Source: Gammaproteobacteria bacterium
GTDB taxonomy: Bacteria > Pseudomonadota > Gammaproteobacteria > Ga0077536
Direction of reading: 5' to 3'
DNA length: 64,000 nucleotides
Assembly (NCBI GenBank): GCA_963662545.2
Contig: CAXXLL010000003.1
Location: 1,440,001-1,504,000 of the forward strand
Shown here: positions 51,539 to 62,452 of the stretch, one piece after another
Layout of the letters: every line of letters begins with the position of its first letter
Numbering within the stretch: the stretch's first letter is position 1
Translations under genes and position numbers: made by a program
Notes under the pieces: generated by a model
Told to the model about the DNA's origin: nothing
The model's database searches: none
What the model saw: the letters and a program-made list of their open reading frames with translations, nothing else

Positions 51539-52324
51539 TCAAGCGCCCAGTATGTCGGCCGCCGCACGCTGCACGCTCCGGCCGTGGGCCAGAGCCCGGC
51601 GCACCAGCCGCTCGGCGTTGTCTCCGCGTGCCCATGAACTGGTGCCGAGATCGGCCGGTACCGCGACACGGGATGAACAAATAATCAGCGACACGCTAGA
51701 TAACAGTTTTTCAGACAAGGCTCGCGCGGCGAACTCATCGGTCTCGGGCAGAACGAGGAGCAGCGTTTCGTCGTTCCATTGTCCGAGCAGGTCGACCCAT
51801 CGCAGCTGCCCCTTGACGTTGCGCGCGATCTCGCCCACGAGCGCGCGTTCAGCCTCCTTGCCCAATTGCACCGTAATACAGGAAAGCGGATTGGCGTAGC
51901 GGCGGCTGCGGGAAACTTCTGCTTCGAGTCGGTTGATGATCGCACCACGCGACAGCACCCCGGAGTCGGTGACCGTGTCCGATGCACCGGTTGATAACGC
52001 GTTCAGAAACCACACCAGCGCATGTCCGCGATCGAGGATAATGAGGATCGAACCTTCGCCGGCGGCATGTTCGTAGCGTTGCGTGATACCGATCATCGCG
52101 CCGTCGACTTGCACCTGCGGTTCGTCGTCGACACCGGCAAGCGGCGCGAAAGGCAAGGGCAGTGCGGCGATTTCATGACCGAGTACCTGGTCCGCGTCAC
52201 CGCCGAGAAAGTTGGTCGCATAGCGATTGATCCAGCTCACGCGCCCATCGCGATCGATGAGTACGACGCCGATCGGCAGGTCGTCGAGTACCGCCCTCGC
52301 ATGTTCCGGGTGTAGATCCACCAT
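51539..52324 (-). CDS. PAS plus degenerate GGDEF-like domain protein
   Basis: PAS (LPIGVVLIDRDG..WIN); EVSRSRRYANPLS, LRWVDLLGQWNDETLLLVLPET with GGDEF replaced by NDET. Confidence 0.72.
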   Translation of the reverse strand: MVDLHPEHARAVLDDLPIGVVLIDRDGRVSWINRYATNFLGGDADQVLGHEIAALPLPFAPLAGVDDEPQVQVDGAMIGITQRYEHAAGEGSILIILDRGHALVWFLNALSTGASDTVTDSGVLSRGAIINRLEAEVSRSRRYANPLSCITVQLGKEAERALVGEIARNVKGQLRWVDLLGQWNDETLLLVLPETDEFAARALSEKLLSSVSLIICSSRVAVPADLGTSSWARGDNAERLVRRALAHGRSVQRAAADILGA

Positions 52325-52625
52325 CGTTCTTATCTTTCGCATCATGTCACTACATTTAAATGACCGTTTCGAATTGGGTGAAGAATTTTGCTTCGCCCGC
52401 AAGCGGGCTCCTACGGAGGTGTGGCGGCGCTGGTCAGAGCCCGCTTGCGGGCGAACACCGTGCACCACCGCGATCTACGAGGTTCCCTGCCGTTCTGGAC
52501 AGCTTTCTTAACGGCGGAATTCGCGGAAACTTTACCCGGAGCGCGCGGCCTTGGGGTCTTTTACGCCTGGAGTCGGACTAGAACAAAGTGCCAAAAACTG
52601 AAAATTGATAACTGTTCAATGAATA

Positions 52626-53354
52626 TCAATTTTCTGCGCCGTCTTTTATACAATGCAGAAAGGCATCCTCGAGCACACTGCAATGATGTGATGCCATCAG
52701 ATCGGTCGGCGTGCCGGCATACCGTACCGTGCCGTCATGGATCACGACGAGCCGGTCACAAAGCGACTCAATGTCGACCAGCAGATGGGTGCTGAAGAAG
52801 ATCGTCACGCCCTGGTCCTTGAGTTCAGTCAGGCGGCGTTTGAACAATGTCCGCGCCCGCGGATCGAGGCCGCTCATGGGTTCATCGAGAACGAGCAGCG
52901 GCCGCCCGGGCAGGATGCAGGCGATGAGTCCGAGTTTCTGAGCCATGCCTTTGGAATACTGCCGCGCCGGCAGGCTCAGCACCGCGCCGGACAGGCCCAA
53001 TGCCTGCGCTTCCTGCTCAGCCGCACGCGGGTCGTAGCGCTCGCCGTGGAGGGCCAAGAGGTACCTCAAGAGTTCGACGCCGGTCGCGAAATAGGGGGGA
53101 GAAAAACGTTCGGCCAGGTAGCTCAGCTTGTCGCGCGCTTGCGTTTCGGTGTGCGGCGTACCGAAGATCGATATCGTGCCGGCGTCGATACGGTTGAGAT
53201 CGAGCAGACCCCGGATCAGGGTCGTCTTGCCGGCGCCGTTGATCCCGACGAGACCGACCGCCTCACCTTCTTCGATCTCGAAGCTGATGTCCTTCAATAC
53301 CTGATGCGCGCCGAACGACTTGCATACTGATTGAAATTTGAGCGCGCCGGGCAT
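52626..53354 (-). CDS. ABC transporter ATP-binding protein
   Basis: GINGAGKTT, YSKGM, LVLDEPMSGLDP, STH. Confidence 0.92.
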   Translation of the reverse strand: MPGALKFQSVCKSFGAHQVLKDISFEIEEGEAVGLVGINGAGKTTLIRGLLDLNRIDAGTISIFGTPHTETQARDKLSYLAERFSPPYFATGVELLRYLLALHGERYDPRAAEQEAQALGLSGAVLSLPARQYSKGMAQKLGLIACILPGRPLLVLDEPMSGLDPRARTLFKRRLTELKDQGVTIFFSTHLLVDIESLCDRLVVIHDGTVRYAGTPTDLMASHHCSVLEDAFLHCIKDGAEN

Positions 53355-53438
53355 GTGTTAACGGCTTGCCCACGCCTTTGGCAGGCGCTGAAGGACACTA
53401 TGTGCCACGGTGATCGTCTGGGAGCATTTCATTCGCTG

Positions 53439-53468
53439 AAAAAAAAGCCCGCGTAAAGCGGGCTTTTT
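53439..53468. terminator. Bidirectional intrinsic terminator downstream of the pilin gene
   Basis: A8-GCCCGC-GTAAA-GCGGGC-T5. Confidence 0.8.
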
Positions 53469-53488
53469 AGCGAGCTTTTAGCAAGGGG

Positions 53489-54199
53489 TCAATAGAGATA
53501 GACCACGTTGCAAAGCTGCTGGTTGGTGGCGATGTCCCAGATGGGCGGGGACGGCGTCGTATCGACGCAATTCGCGCTCGATTCCGAGATGGTGCTAAAC
53601 GTGCCGCTGGCCGTGACCGCGTGGCGCAGGACGCCGGTCTGCGGCAGGCCATCGTCGATCTTGCGGTCGAGTTCCGCTAGGACATTCACGGGGATCCCAG
53701 CGCCGAGTACCAGGTTCAGCTTGTCGCTCGGCGTTCCCGAATCGTAGTAGTCGGTCGAACGGTAGAGCATCAGGAAACCGTTGAAGGCGTTGCGCGGTGC
53801 CTGATTGGTATCGTTCTGATTGGGCTGCGTAGTACCGCCAAGGTAATTGCCTTGAATGAAGCCCGACTTGGAAAGGTGCTCCCACAGGGCCAGCGCTTCC
53901 TCCCAGTCACCGCTACCGCCGTCGTTCAGACGCCCATCGGCGTTGCCGCCGGTGGTCACACCGGGGATGGACTGCGCCGCGTTGGCCGAACCCCAGTCGC
54001 CCGGTACCTGGCGGTAGCGATCGATAAAACCGTAGTAGGCGGCCTGCACGCCGCTGTTCTGGTCGGCGATATTGCGGACGCGTGCGCTGGTGATGAGTTC
54101 CTGTCCTTTGAGGATGCCGCCGAGCAGCAATCCTATGATGACGAGTACGATGGCCATTTCGACCAGCGTGAAACCTTGTTGTCGATTGATCTTGGGCAT
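53489..54199 (-). CDS. Type IV pilin-like protein with prepilin N-terminal cleavage/methylation motif
   Basis: QQG|FTLVEMAIVLVIIGLLLGGILKGQELI, DRKIDDG. Confidence 0.88.
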   Translation of the reverse strand: MPKINRQQGFTLVEMAIVLVIIGLLLGGILKGQELITSARVRNIADQNSGVQAAYYGFIDRYRQVPGDWGSANAAQSIPGVTTGGNADGRLNDGGSGDWEEALALWEHLSKSGFIQGNYLGGTTQPNQNDTNQAPRNAFNGFLMLYRSTDYYDSGTPSDKLNLVLGAGIPVNVLAELDRKIDDGLPQTGVLRHAVTASGTFSTISESSANCVDTTPSPPIWDIATNQQLCNVVYLY

Positions 54200-54239
54200 T
54201 TTAGAAGTCCTCACGGTATTTAGAATTTGACCAGAGCAA

Positions 54240-54255
54240 TGCACACCTTGTGCCA
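54240..54255 (-). promoter_or_regulatory. Sigma-54 (-24/-12) promoter upstream of the pilin gene
   Basis: Minus strand TGGCACAAGGTGTGCA (GG-N10-GC), ~40 bp upstream of the ATG. Confidence 0.7.
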
Positions 54256-54490
54256 GAAAACGCAATTTATTGAAATCAAAAGCTTTTCTGAAAATTGACC
54301 TTCGAGACCACGCCCCAGTGGCGCCTAAATTGCCCAAATTTCAACACCCAAGTGTTCAGATTTCGTTCTTATTCCAGGGATCCGTCAGTTCTACCAAGAA
54401 AAACTGTGGCTGCGGCCGACTTTTGCCGCTACCAACGATACTGTAGATTCACGACGCATTGAACGGTTTGAATTCTCGGCCCACTCCACG

Positions 54491-55804
54491 ATGAAACTGC
54501 TTTTTCCGAGCGGCGCCTCCCGCATCCAGTCCGCCCTGCTCGTCGGTGTATTTGTGGTCTTTGTTTGCAATGCCGCGGGCGTGACCAGCTTTCAGTTCGC
54601 ACTCGCTAACAGCGTCGCATTCCACGGCGAGATCATCGGCGAGCTTATGGCCGGGCGGTTGCCGGAACAACTCACGCGCATCGACTTCGCCGCCTTCCTC
54701 ATCACCGGTGCCGCGCTCGCGCTGTCGCTGCCGCTGCTAGCACCGATAGCCGCGTCGCTTTTGACGGCCTTCACCATGGTCCCGACCTTCTACATCGCCT
54801 GGGCCTTTCCCACCCCGCCGCCGCTGATCCCGATGGAATATACGCTGATCTGCATTCTGGTCTTGTTTTCCGTCAACGTGCTGTGCAGTTATTTCATTGA
54901 AAACCACGAACGACAGAAAATTGTAGCGGTCTTCGGCCAGTACGTGCCGGCCGCCGTCGTGGCCGAGATCGCCCGCCGTCCACAGGCCTATTCCATGGCC
55001 AGCGAAGCACGGGAGATGACCGTACTTTTTTGCGACATCAAGGACTTCTCCAAGATTTCGGAGCAAGTCGAACCCCACGAACTGGGCGAGATGCTCAACG
55101 TCTTTCTCACCGATATGACGGCCGTGCTGCATCGTCACGGTGCGACCATCGACAAGTACATCGGCGATGCCATCATGGCATTCTGGGGTGCGCCCGTGTG
55201 GCAGGCGGACCATGCGCAACAGGCCGTATCCGGGGCGCTCGCCATGCAGCAGGCGATGAAGGGCGTGCGCGAAACGTTTCAACAGCGGGGCTGGCCGGCC
55301 ATCGAAGTCGGTGTCGGCATCAACAGTGCCCGGGTGAATGTTGGCAACATGGGATCGCGTTACCGCATTGCCTACACCGTGGTCGGCGACGCGGTCAATC
55401 TGGCGGCACGCCTCGAAGCGTTGACACGCCTGTACGGCGTTGGCGTGTTGACCAGCGAGTCAACGAAAAACGCGTGCACGAACCTTCGCTGCCGCGAGAT
55501 CGACCACGTGCGAGTCAAGGGCAAGGGGCGGCCCACCCGTGTTTTCGAACCGCTGGCGGAGGGCGTCACGCCGACCGACGAATTCTTAAAAGAGCATCAC
55601 GAAGCGCTCGAAGCTTACTACGGCGGCGCGTGGAGCGAAGCAGAAAAAGCTTTCGCCGAACTCGGCAAGGAAGCCGCCAACACCACTTACTACGAAACCA
55701 TGTCCGCGCGGATCGCCGACCATGACAAACCTGCGGATTGGAGCGGAGTCGTCGTTTTCGGCGGAGACTTGAGTTACACGCTCGAGTCGAAAGCGCAAGC
55801 GTAG
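54491..55804 (+). CDS. Membrane-bound class III adenylate/guanylate cyclase
   Basis: VLFCDIKDFS, IDKYIGDAIMAFW, GNMGS, YTVVGDAVNLAARLE, VKGK. Confidence 0.92.
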   Translation: MKLLFPSGASRIQSALLVGVFVVFVCNAAGVTSFQFALANSVAFHGEIIGELMAGRLPEQLTRIDFAAFLITGAALALSLPLLAPIAASLLTAFTMVPTFYIAWAFPTPPPLIPMEYTLICILVLFSVNVLCSYFIENHERQKIVAVFGQYVPAAVVAEIARRPQAYSMASEAREMTVLFCDIKDFSKISEQVEPHELGEMLNVFLTDMTAVLHRHGATIDKYIGDAIMAFWGAPVWQADHAQQAVSGALAMQQAMKGVRETFQQRGWPAIEVGVGINSARVNVGNMGSRYRIAYTVVGDAVNLAARLEALTRLYGVGVLTSESTKNACTNLRCREIDHVRVKGKGRPTRVFEPLAEGVTPTDEFLKEHHEALEAYYGGAWSEAEKAFAELGKEAANTTYYETMSARIADHDKPADWSGVVVFGGDLSYTLESKAQA

Positions 55805-55857
55805 TCGATGCTCATAGCTTAGTTCTCCAGCCCCCGTTCCCAAATACGGCCGCAACG

Positions 55858-55941
55858 AACCACAGAGGACACAGAGATAAAGAGGGAAAAGACCGTTTAC
55901 AGGTCTTAAATACAATGGTTTTCTCTGTGATCTCTGTGGTT
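55858..55941. repeat. ACCACAGAG-type intergenic inverted repeat
   Basis: AACCACAGAGGACACAGAG ... CTCTGTGATCTCTGTGGTT. Confidence 0.6.
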
Positions 55942-55987
55942 TTATTTTATGGGGCAGCCGCAGTAGAAGTTTGGTAGGAGTTGCAGG

Positions 55988-56713
55988 CTAATCCGCGCGC
56001 TCTTCCGCGACGCGTTGTTCGAGCTCGGCCAATCGCTGCGACAAAAACCAGCGTTCCCGCGGATCGGTGACCTCCCCGCTGTCGAGCAGCCCGCCCAGCA
56101 GCACTTTCGCACTCTCGATCTCGCCCATGTCCTCGAGCACGAAGATGTGCATTTGGCGCGCCCAGTTCGGGATCGCCGCTCCATCGTCGGCGTTCGCGAG
56201 TTGTCGCGCGAGGCGGAGCGCATAGTCGAAATCGACCAACCGATGCTTGGCGATGTATACCGCGTGTGCAAGCCACTGCCAGCGGCGCGCCGGGTCTTCG
56301 TCGAAACGGGCGGCGACAAACGCAACCATGCGGCGCTGCTTATCGGGATCCCCAACCTCGCCGTACAGACGGCTTGCCGCCAGCAGCGGATATTGAAACC
56401 CGGGATCGAGTTCCAGCATCCGTCCAAGCCAGGCTTCGACCCGCTGGTAGTCGAGATCCCGGAAGGCGATGCTGATCCCCGGCTGGTAATCGAAGCCCTG
56501 CAGCCAGAGCATCAGGATCCTCGCCAGAACTTCCGGCTGCCCCAGCGATACGACCTTTAAGATCGAGAGGCTTGGCGGTTCGGGCAGGGCCGCGGCCCGC
56601 GCCGATGGCGCGCCGCGATGCAAAGCCCATGACACCTGCAATGCAAGGGCCGCAGCCAGAAAGAGGAACACCGTCCACGGCACGGCTGTGAGGCGGCGTT
56701 CCTGGTCCCGCAT
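55988..56713 (-). CDS. Conserved hypothetical membrane-anchored helical protein of the pilin/ABC cluster
   Basis: N-terminal TM, LDPGFQYPL, helical repeats; follows the ABC permease. Confidence 0.7.
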   Translation of the reverse strand: MRDQERRLTAVPWTVFLFLAAALALQVSWALHRGAPSARAAALPEPPSLSILKVVSLGQPEVLARILMLWLQGFDYQPGISIAFRDLDYQRVEAWLGRMLELDPGFQYPLLAASRLYGEVGDPDKQRRMVAFVAARFDEDPARRWQWLAHAVYIAKHRLVDFDYALRLARQLANADDGAAIPNWARQMHIFVLEDMGEIESAKVLLGGLLDSGEVTDPRERWFLSQRLAELEQRVAEERAD

Positions 56714-56726
56714 AATCAGAGGTTCC

Positions 56727-57497
56727 TTAGTACTCGCGGCGATAGAAATCGAATAGGCCGACGCCGATCAAAACCATGGAATAAATGATGGTCTGCAAGG
56801 CGATGTCGCCGAGCGGCAGCGGTTCAGCGGTGGGGTGGGTCAACCAGCTTGCCTGGGTGAACCGGTCGAGCGAGGGCAGCAGTAGCGCGAGCAGATCGAC
56901 GAGTTTTTCGATGGCGGCCGAAGACCATACAGTCGGATCGACTGCCGGACCCGAGCTCATGAGCACGATCGCGCTCATCGCTCGTGAGAGGACGTAGAAG
57001 GCCGCTACCACGATCAGTGCGAAAGTCACCTGGCCCAAGGTGATGACACAGGTCAGACAAGCGGCGGCAACGATCCACAATTCGGCCGCGAGCGAGGCCC
57101 CCCACGCCAGCGTGGCGCCGGCCGGCGCATAAAACATCAAGGGAATTACCGCGAGAAATGCAAGTGCCGTCGCCGCGGCGGCGAATCCCGCCAAGCGCCC
57201 AAGGTACCATGATACGCGCGGTACCGGTCGCGACAAAGTCAGGTCGAGCAGGCGATCCTGGAGTTCGCGTACGACGCTGGTTGACACGAACAACGCGACG
57301 ACAAACACCAGTGACAACCGCGACAAGGCGGCGTACACGCCGAGACGATAACTCTGGCTGTCGGTCAGGGCGAGCGCGGCCGCGAACTCGGCCGTTAAGG
57401 CCACGGCCAGCAGTAATCCCGCGGCCATCCACAACAAGCGCGTGCGGACGGCTTCAATGACAGTAAATCGCGCGATGCTTGCAAGTGATTTAAACAT
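56727..57497 (-). CDS. ABC-2 type permease
   Basis: ARFTVIEAVR, LSRPVPR..WYLGR, six TM segments, DFYRREY. Confidence 0.85.
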   Translation of the reverse strand: MFKSLASIARFTVIEAVRTRLLWMAAGLLLAVALTAEFAAALALTDSQSYRLGVYAALSRLSLVFVVALFVSTSVVRELQDRLLDLTLSRPVPRVSWYLGRLAGFAAAATALAFLAVIPLMFYAPAGATLAWGASLAAELWIVAAACLTCVITLGQVTFALIVVAAFYVLSRAMSAIVLMSSGPAVDPTVWSSAAIEKLVDLLALLLPSLDRFTQASWLTHPTAEPLPLGDIALQTIIYSMVLIGVGLFDFYRREY

Positions 57498-57535
57498 GGT
57501 TTCTGGCGTGCGGTTTCGATGAGCGGTGTGCTTAA

Positions 57536-57697
57536 GGAATCTCTGAATAAGTCATGGCACATCTGCCTTGCCCATGAAATTGCGGAGCCTTACGTTACGA
57601 ACCTTAGCCCTAATCCCCGCTATGGCCTGCGATTCGTGCCTTGATCTGCACGATTTCATGCACATTTCAGACGCACCATGACTTATTCAGAAGTTCC
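57536..57697. mobile_element. MITE with IS5-like ends (162 bp)
   Basis: IR GGAATCTCTGAATAAGTCATGG / rc GGAACTTCTGAATAAGTCATGG; TTAA on both sides. Confidence 0.7.
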
Positions 57698-57909
57698 TTA
57701 ATTTACCAATTCATACTATAGCGATAGCATGCGGATGCGTGCATTTTTTTGAAAGTGATGTCTCAGATGATAAGACGTATCAATGTTTTTAATGGTACAC
57801 GTCATTCGCCCGCAAGCGGGCTCCTACGGTATGGTCCGCCTCAGAGCCCGCTTGCGGGTGAATCGAAATCTGTCTGGTAATTCTGATCAGCACTTTATAG
57901 AAAGTCGGC

Positions 57910-59694
57910 GTGTCCGAATCAAGCAATCCGCCTCCGACCAGCTCGCCCGCTGAACGCGCCGCGCCTCTGCACGGGATCAGCGTGCTGCTCGACCGGCGCT
58001 ACGAGCACTGGATCCTGGCCTCGATGTTGCTGGTGCTGCATGCCTCGTTCGATGCCGGCTTCGATACCGCCCTGTCGGCGGCGCTCATGACGGCTCACTT
58101 GGGCCTCTTCTTCCTGTGGCAACCGATCTGGCAGCGCGACCAGAAACTCGACCTCAATGGCGCCGCGCTGATCGTCCTGCTCGTGGCGGGTATGATTGCG
58201 CTGCTCGACTGGTGGATAGTTTTCGCGTGGCTGCTGATGTTGACCGGCATCGTCGCGGGACGTTCTTTTTCGACGCGCCGGGAGCGCTACGTCTATCTCC
58301 TGACCCTGGCGTTTCTGGTCGCCGAGCTGCTGGTGACCTGTACCGCGAAGCTCTTTCTGGGAACGCCCCTGGCGCCCGAGATAGCGCAGCCCTTCCGCGT
58401 GGGGCTTTATGTACTGCCCGGCATACTCTATGCGATTCCTTCGATCACCGCACCGCAGAGGGAGCCCTTTCCCGTCGATTTTATTCGCGGTATAACCTTT
58501 GCATTGATGACCGCGTTGCTCGCGGTTTTCAGCGTTCTCATCACCCTGCGCTTCGAAGTCGACTACCCGCTGGCGCTGGTTGGAACCTTGATGGCGCTCG
58601 GCCTTTTCCTGCTGTTTCTGAGCTGGATCACGACACCCGGTTCCGGCAACATCGGGCTTAAGGCGGTGTGGGAAAAATCGGTACTGAACATCGGGACCCC
58701 GTTCGAGGCGTGGCTCGGAAACATTGCCAACCTCGCACGTCAACGGGCTTCCGCCAAAGATTTTCTGGATGCCGCGATCGAAGAACTGCTCGATATCCCA
58801 TGGGTCTCAGCTGTCGAATGGCAGACGGATTCCAGCACGGGCAGGAAAGGCCATGTTTCGTCTCACTATCTCACGGTCGATACCGAAGCACTGCAGGTGA
58901 CGATGTACACGGAAAGCTCCTTCAGTTCCGCGCTGTTGGTCCATTGCCGGCTTTTACTTCAAGTGCTCGGCCATTTCTACGTTGCCAAACGGCGGGAAAA
59001 CGAGGAGGCCAACGAAGCCCACCTGCGCGCTATTTACGAAACAGGGGCGCGCGTCACGCACGACATCAAGAACCTGCTGCAAGCCCTGGACACGATGGCA
59101 AGTGCACTAACACGCGCCGAGAGTCCGGAGCAGGAGCGCCGCGGCTTCAATTTGTTGAAACGGCGCCTGCCCGACATCGCGCGAAGACTGCAGATCGCGC
59201 TCCATAAGCTGCAGCGTCCCAGTTCGCATCGGTCGGAGACCATGACGATCGAGGCGTGGTGGGATGCATTGAGCGAACGTCTGACCGGCAGCGAGGTATC
59301 ACTCGAAGCGGACATATCCCATCCGGATGCGAGCATCCCCGGGGACTGCTTCGACAGCGTGGTCGATAATCTCATTGACAATGCGCGCCACAAGATAGCG
59401 GCGGGCAGGGCGCGCTCGATTCACGTCAAAGTGCGGGCGCAGGGCGACGCCGTTCACTGCTCGGTCAGCGACGATGGCGACGCCATCGATGAAGCGGTCG
59501 CACGGGACTTATTTCGCCAACCGGTGCCGTCGGCGACCGGTCTTGGCATCGGCTTGTACCAGGCCGCACGTCAGTGCCAACTGACGGGGTGCGTACTCAG
59601 CCTTGGTGAAAATCGCGACGGCGCGGTGCGTTTCGAATTACGGTGTGACGGCGGGCGTGATGGGCTCGCCGACGGTAATGATCAGGGGAGCTGA
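57910..59694 (+). CDS. Membrane sensor histidine kinase
   Basis: Multi-TM N-terminus, H-box THDIKNL, N-box NLIDNA, SDDG, GLGIGLY. Confidence 0.9.
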   Translation: MSESSNPPPTSSPAERAAPLHGISVLLDRRYEHWILASMLLVLHASFDAGFDTALSAALMTAHLGLFFLWQPIWQRDQKLDLNGAALIVLLVAGMIALLDWWIVFAWLLMLTGIVAGRSFSTRRERYVYLLTLAFLVAELLVTCTAKLFLGTPLAPEIAQPFRVGLYVLPGILYAIPSITAPQREPFPVDFIRGITFALMTALLAVFSVLITLRFEVDYPLALVGTLMALGLFLLFLSWITTPGSGNIGLKAVWEKSVLNIGTPFEAWLGNIANLARQRASAKDFLDAAIEELLDIPWVSAVEWQTDSSTGRKGHVSSHYLTVDTEALQVTMYTESSFSSALLVHCRLLLQVLGHFYVAKRRENEEANEAHLRAIYETGARVTHDIKNLLQALDTMASALTRAESPEQERRGFNLLKRRLPDIARRLQIALHKLQRPSSHRSETMTIEAWWDALSERLTGSEVSLEADISHPDASIPGDCFDSVVDNLIDNARHKIAAGRARSIHVKVRAQGDAVHCSVSDDGDAIDEAVARDLFRQPVPSATGLGIGLYQAARQCQLTGCVLSLGENRDGAVRFELRCDGGRDGLADGNDQGS

Positions 59695-60504
59695 CCCGCC
59701 GCGACCATGCGGCTGTTCAAAATGAACCCGTGACACAAGCATGACGATGTCGTCGAATTCGCACAAGGGGGTTAGCTCGTTCGTGTCATCGGCGCAGCCC
59801 GTCTGTTCGCGCGAATACCTGCGCTGGTAATACAACAACGGGGCACCGCCGGTGTTTTCGACCTCGTCTGCATTCGATGCCGGCACTGCCGGCCGCGCAA
59901 CACCATCGACCGAGGTCGCGCCGAACCCATTACGACCGTGAGAGATGATTACCGCGGCGACATATTTCATTGTTGCGGCCGAAAATGAAAACTTTCCCTC
60001 TACCGTCGCCGGGGTCAGCGGATTATCACCGCGCGTGTTGATTTGTATATTGCCTTCCGTACAGAGATCCAATTCATTTATATCTTTGCCGTTACACGTC
60101 TCGTCCTGCGCCGGTAGGGTAAAGTCGGTACTTGTCACCCGATATGTAAAGCGGTTGCCCCACGCGTCACCCTGGCCAACACCGAGTTCGACCCAGGGTA
60201 GAAAACCTTCATCACTGGTGCAGGTGGCGTTCGCGATTGTTATGTACGGCGGGTCCGGCACGCCGTTGCCGTCGTTCTCGGAACAAGGCAAGCGGCCATT
60301 GGTCAGTGCGTACCCGTACAAGGCCTCGACGGCCTCTTCCATTGCATCGATCGTATTACGCCGATCGCGCGCCTCTAGTTGTACCTCAACAGGCCCGATC
60401 AACCCCGCGATCAGCATACCGAGAATAAAGACCACTATGGCGAGTTCGATCAGCGTAAAGCCGCTTTCACGCAATACCGGGCCCTTGCGAGGCGCGAATA
60501 TCAC
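59682..60504 (-). CDS. Pilin/pseudopilin-like protein (probable frameshift near 59725; likely true end ILNSRMVAAGQLP*)
   Basis: SG|FTLIELAIVV, NGRLPC, GFLPW, DAWGNRFTY, IISHG, EFDDIV. Confidence 0.8.
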
Positions 60505-62375
60505 GGCCGATACAGCGGCAGCGTGACCAATTGATCGTTAAAGGCCGCCGTTACTTGCTTCTTGTCGTACGTCAATGTATCAACCGTGGCGTTATTGCCT
60601 TCCAGGTAGTCCGCGCGCGTCGCTGAGTGCCGGTTGCTGGATAGATCACGGCCGGCGATAAGTACAACGCCGCGTACCTCGGTGTCAATGGCCGTCGTTG
60701 CGCTGCCGAGGCGGGTAACATTGACGGTGAGACAGGTACTGTCGTCGACGCAGGTCAGATCGGTATCGCCGGGACTCTCGGCGCGCGCGTAGTGCACCAG
60801 GATCAATTGATCCCACCCCTCGGCGAAGAACCAGTTTGGTAATTCACCGGGAGAGACTGTGTGATCGACCGCATCATCGGGGCTTACTTCGAGGTCGAAC
60901 GGTACGTTGCTTAGTGTCAAATTATCCCCGGGGACAATGGTAGTGAATTCCAAGGTCGCCGAACCGATCGGATTAACCACGTCCGGCAGTTCATAATCGG
61001 TGACGGTCAGCGTTGCGGGCTGACCGCTCCAGCTATTGATTTCGCTGATGCGCAACGCGCGCTTTGTCGTCGCGGTCGGCGCATCGATCTCGGTGGCATT
61101 GCCGACCAACGTCAGTTGGTAGATGCGACGAATAGTCCGTGCCCAGGGCGAAAAAGAACCCACGGTGAAATCCATCTGCGCGGTGCAGGCTATGTCCTGC
61201 AAATTATTCGCGGCCAGGGTACATGTCCCCTGATCCCACAGGCCGCCGGGTGCGCCGTTTACCCCCGCGGTGAAACTATAGGGCACGGAGATAAACCAGA
61301 AATAAAACCAAACGTCATAATTTTGCGTACACGCGTCGTTCCGCAGGCAGTCTTCGACGGGCGCTTCGGGAGCGACGGGCGGGTTCGGGCCAACGCTATA
61401 GGTTCCTTCGGTGTCGATATCCCACGTCGCCAGAAAATCGGCATTGACCGGCACCCCGCGTTGCATCAACGGTAAGTGCCCGAAACTGACATCGCCGCCG
61501 CCGAAATTATCGACCGCGCCGATATAAACCCGCGCGCTTGGGTCGGCAAAATCAGCCAGCCAAGGATAGCCGTCGTCGCAGTCTGCGTCGGCGCCGCAAT
61601 CCGGGTCGTCGCCATTGGTGTCATCGTCGGCGTCGGGGTCGTTGAAATAATTATCGAGCGCGTTCGCGACCTCGTTCAGCACGGTCCGCTCGACCTGGGC
61701 CATGAGTTCCCCGCGGGTAATGCGGACGACGACATCGTTGAATTCGCCGCCGGCCGTGCTGACGAAAGAACTGTCGCCGAGGCTGGCATTATCGTCTTCG
61801 AGATAAACCGATGCGTCATACGCATTGGCCGTCGTGCGTGATTGCCCCGCCAGTGCCGCCCCGGGCGCGATGATCACCGCGACGATATCGTCGGCAGATC
61901 CGTCGACCGTCAAGGTGCCCGTGGTGGTGCTATTCAATCCGGCACTGGAACTGCTGCGATGAGAATTGGACACGGCATACCACAACGGCGCGCCGGCGCG
62001 ATCGAGGATTTCGCCCATGCCGAGCGTGCGCCACGGGAACCGGCCGGTCTCTTTGCCGACCACGCAGTCTGGAACATTGTCCGCCGATCCTGGCGTCCCG
62101 GCCGGCACGTGGTCCGGACACGGCAAGTAGCCCGGTCCCTTTTCCATTGGACGGGGACCGGGTCCGTCGGGATATGCTAGCGCGTAGCCGAACAAAGCGC
62201 TCTTGGCCAGCATCAATGCCTGCCTAGTCTCGGTGTCCTGCCGCGCCTGCCGTGCCGTGCTTTCATTCAAGGCCTTGAGCATCACGAATGACGACGCCGA
62301 CAGGATGATCAATATCAAGGTCAATACGACAAAACCGCGTTGCCTCAAGACCCTGCTTCGTGAATACGGTCGCAC
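60501..62375 (-). CDS. Large PilX/GspK-like minor pilin protein
   Basis: QRG|FVVLTLILII, GYLPCPD, GRFPWRTLG, LWYAVS, FNDVV. Confidence 0.72.
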   Translation of the reverse strand: MRPYSRSRVLRQRGFVVLTLILIILSASSFVMLKALNESTARQARQDTETRQALMLAKSALFGYALAYPDGPGPRPMEKGPGYLPCPDHVPAGTPGSADNVPDCVVGKETGRFPWRTLGMGEILDRAGAPLWYAVSNSHRSSSSAGLNSTTTGTLTVDGSADDIVAVIIAPGAALAGQSRTTANAYDASVYLEDDNASLGDSSFVSTAGGEFNDVVVRITRGELMAQVERTVLNEVANALDNYFNDPDADDDTNGDDPDCGADADCDDGYPWLADFADPSARVYIGAVDNFGGGDVSFGHLPLMQRGVPVNADFLATWDIDTEGTYSVGPNPPVAPEAPVEDCLRNDACTQNYDVWFYFWFISVPYSFTAGVNGAPGGLWDQGTCTLAANNLQDIACTAQMDFTVGSFSPWARTIRRIYQLTLVGNATEIDAPTATTKRALRISEINSWSGQPATLTVTDYELPDVVNPIGSATLEFTTIVPGDNLTLSNVPFDLEVSPDDAVDHTVSPGELPNWFFAEGWDQLILVHYARAESPGDTDLTCVDDSTCLTVNVTRLGSATTAIDTEVRGVVLIAGRDLSSNRHSATRADYLEGNNATVDTLTYDKKQVTAAFNDQLVTLPLYRP

Positions 62376-62452
62376 GTTACGAAATATAGCCCGATCGGCG
62401 TGGTGGTGAGCAGTAAAAGTTCGCAGTTTTCGATATTGGACGAATGGGTGAA

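Larger units (their letters stand above)
50104..57862. repeat. Dispersed GTAG-family REPs: 50104-50126, 51443-51465/51484-51506, 52392-52414/52433-52455, 57805-57827/57841-57862
   Basis: GTAGGAGCCCGCTTGCGGGCGAA and variants, mostly as inverted doublets at or between gene ends. Confidence 0.85.
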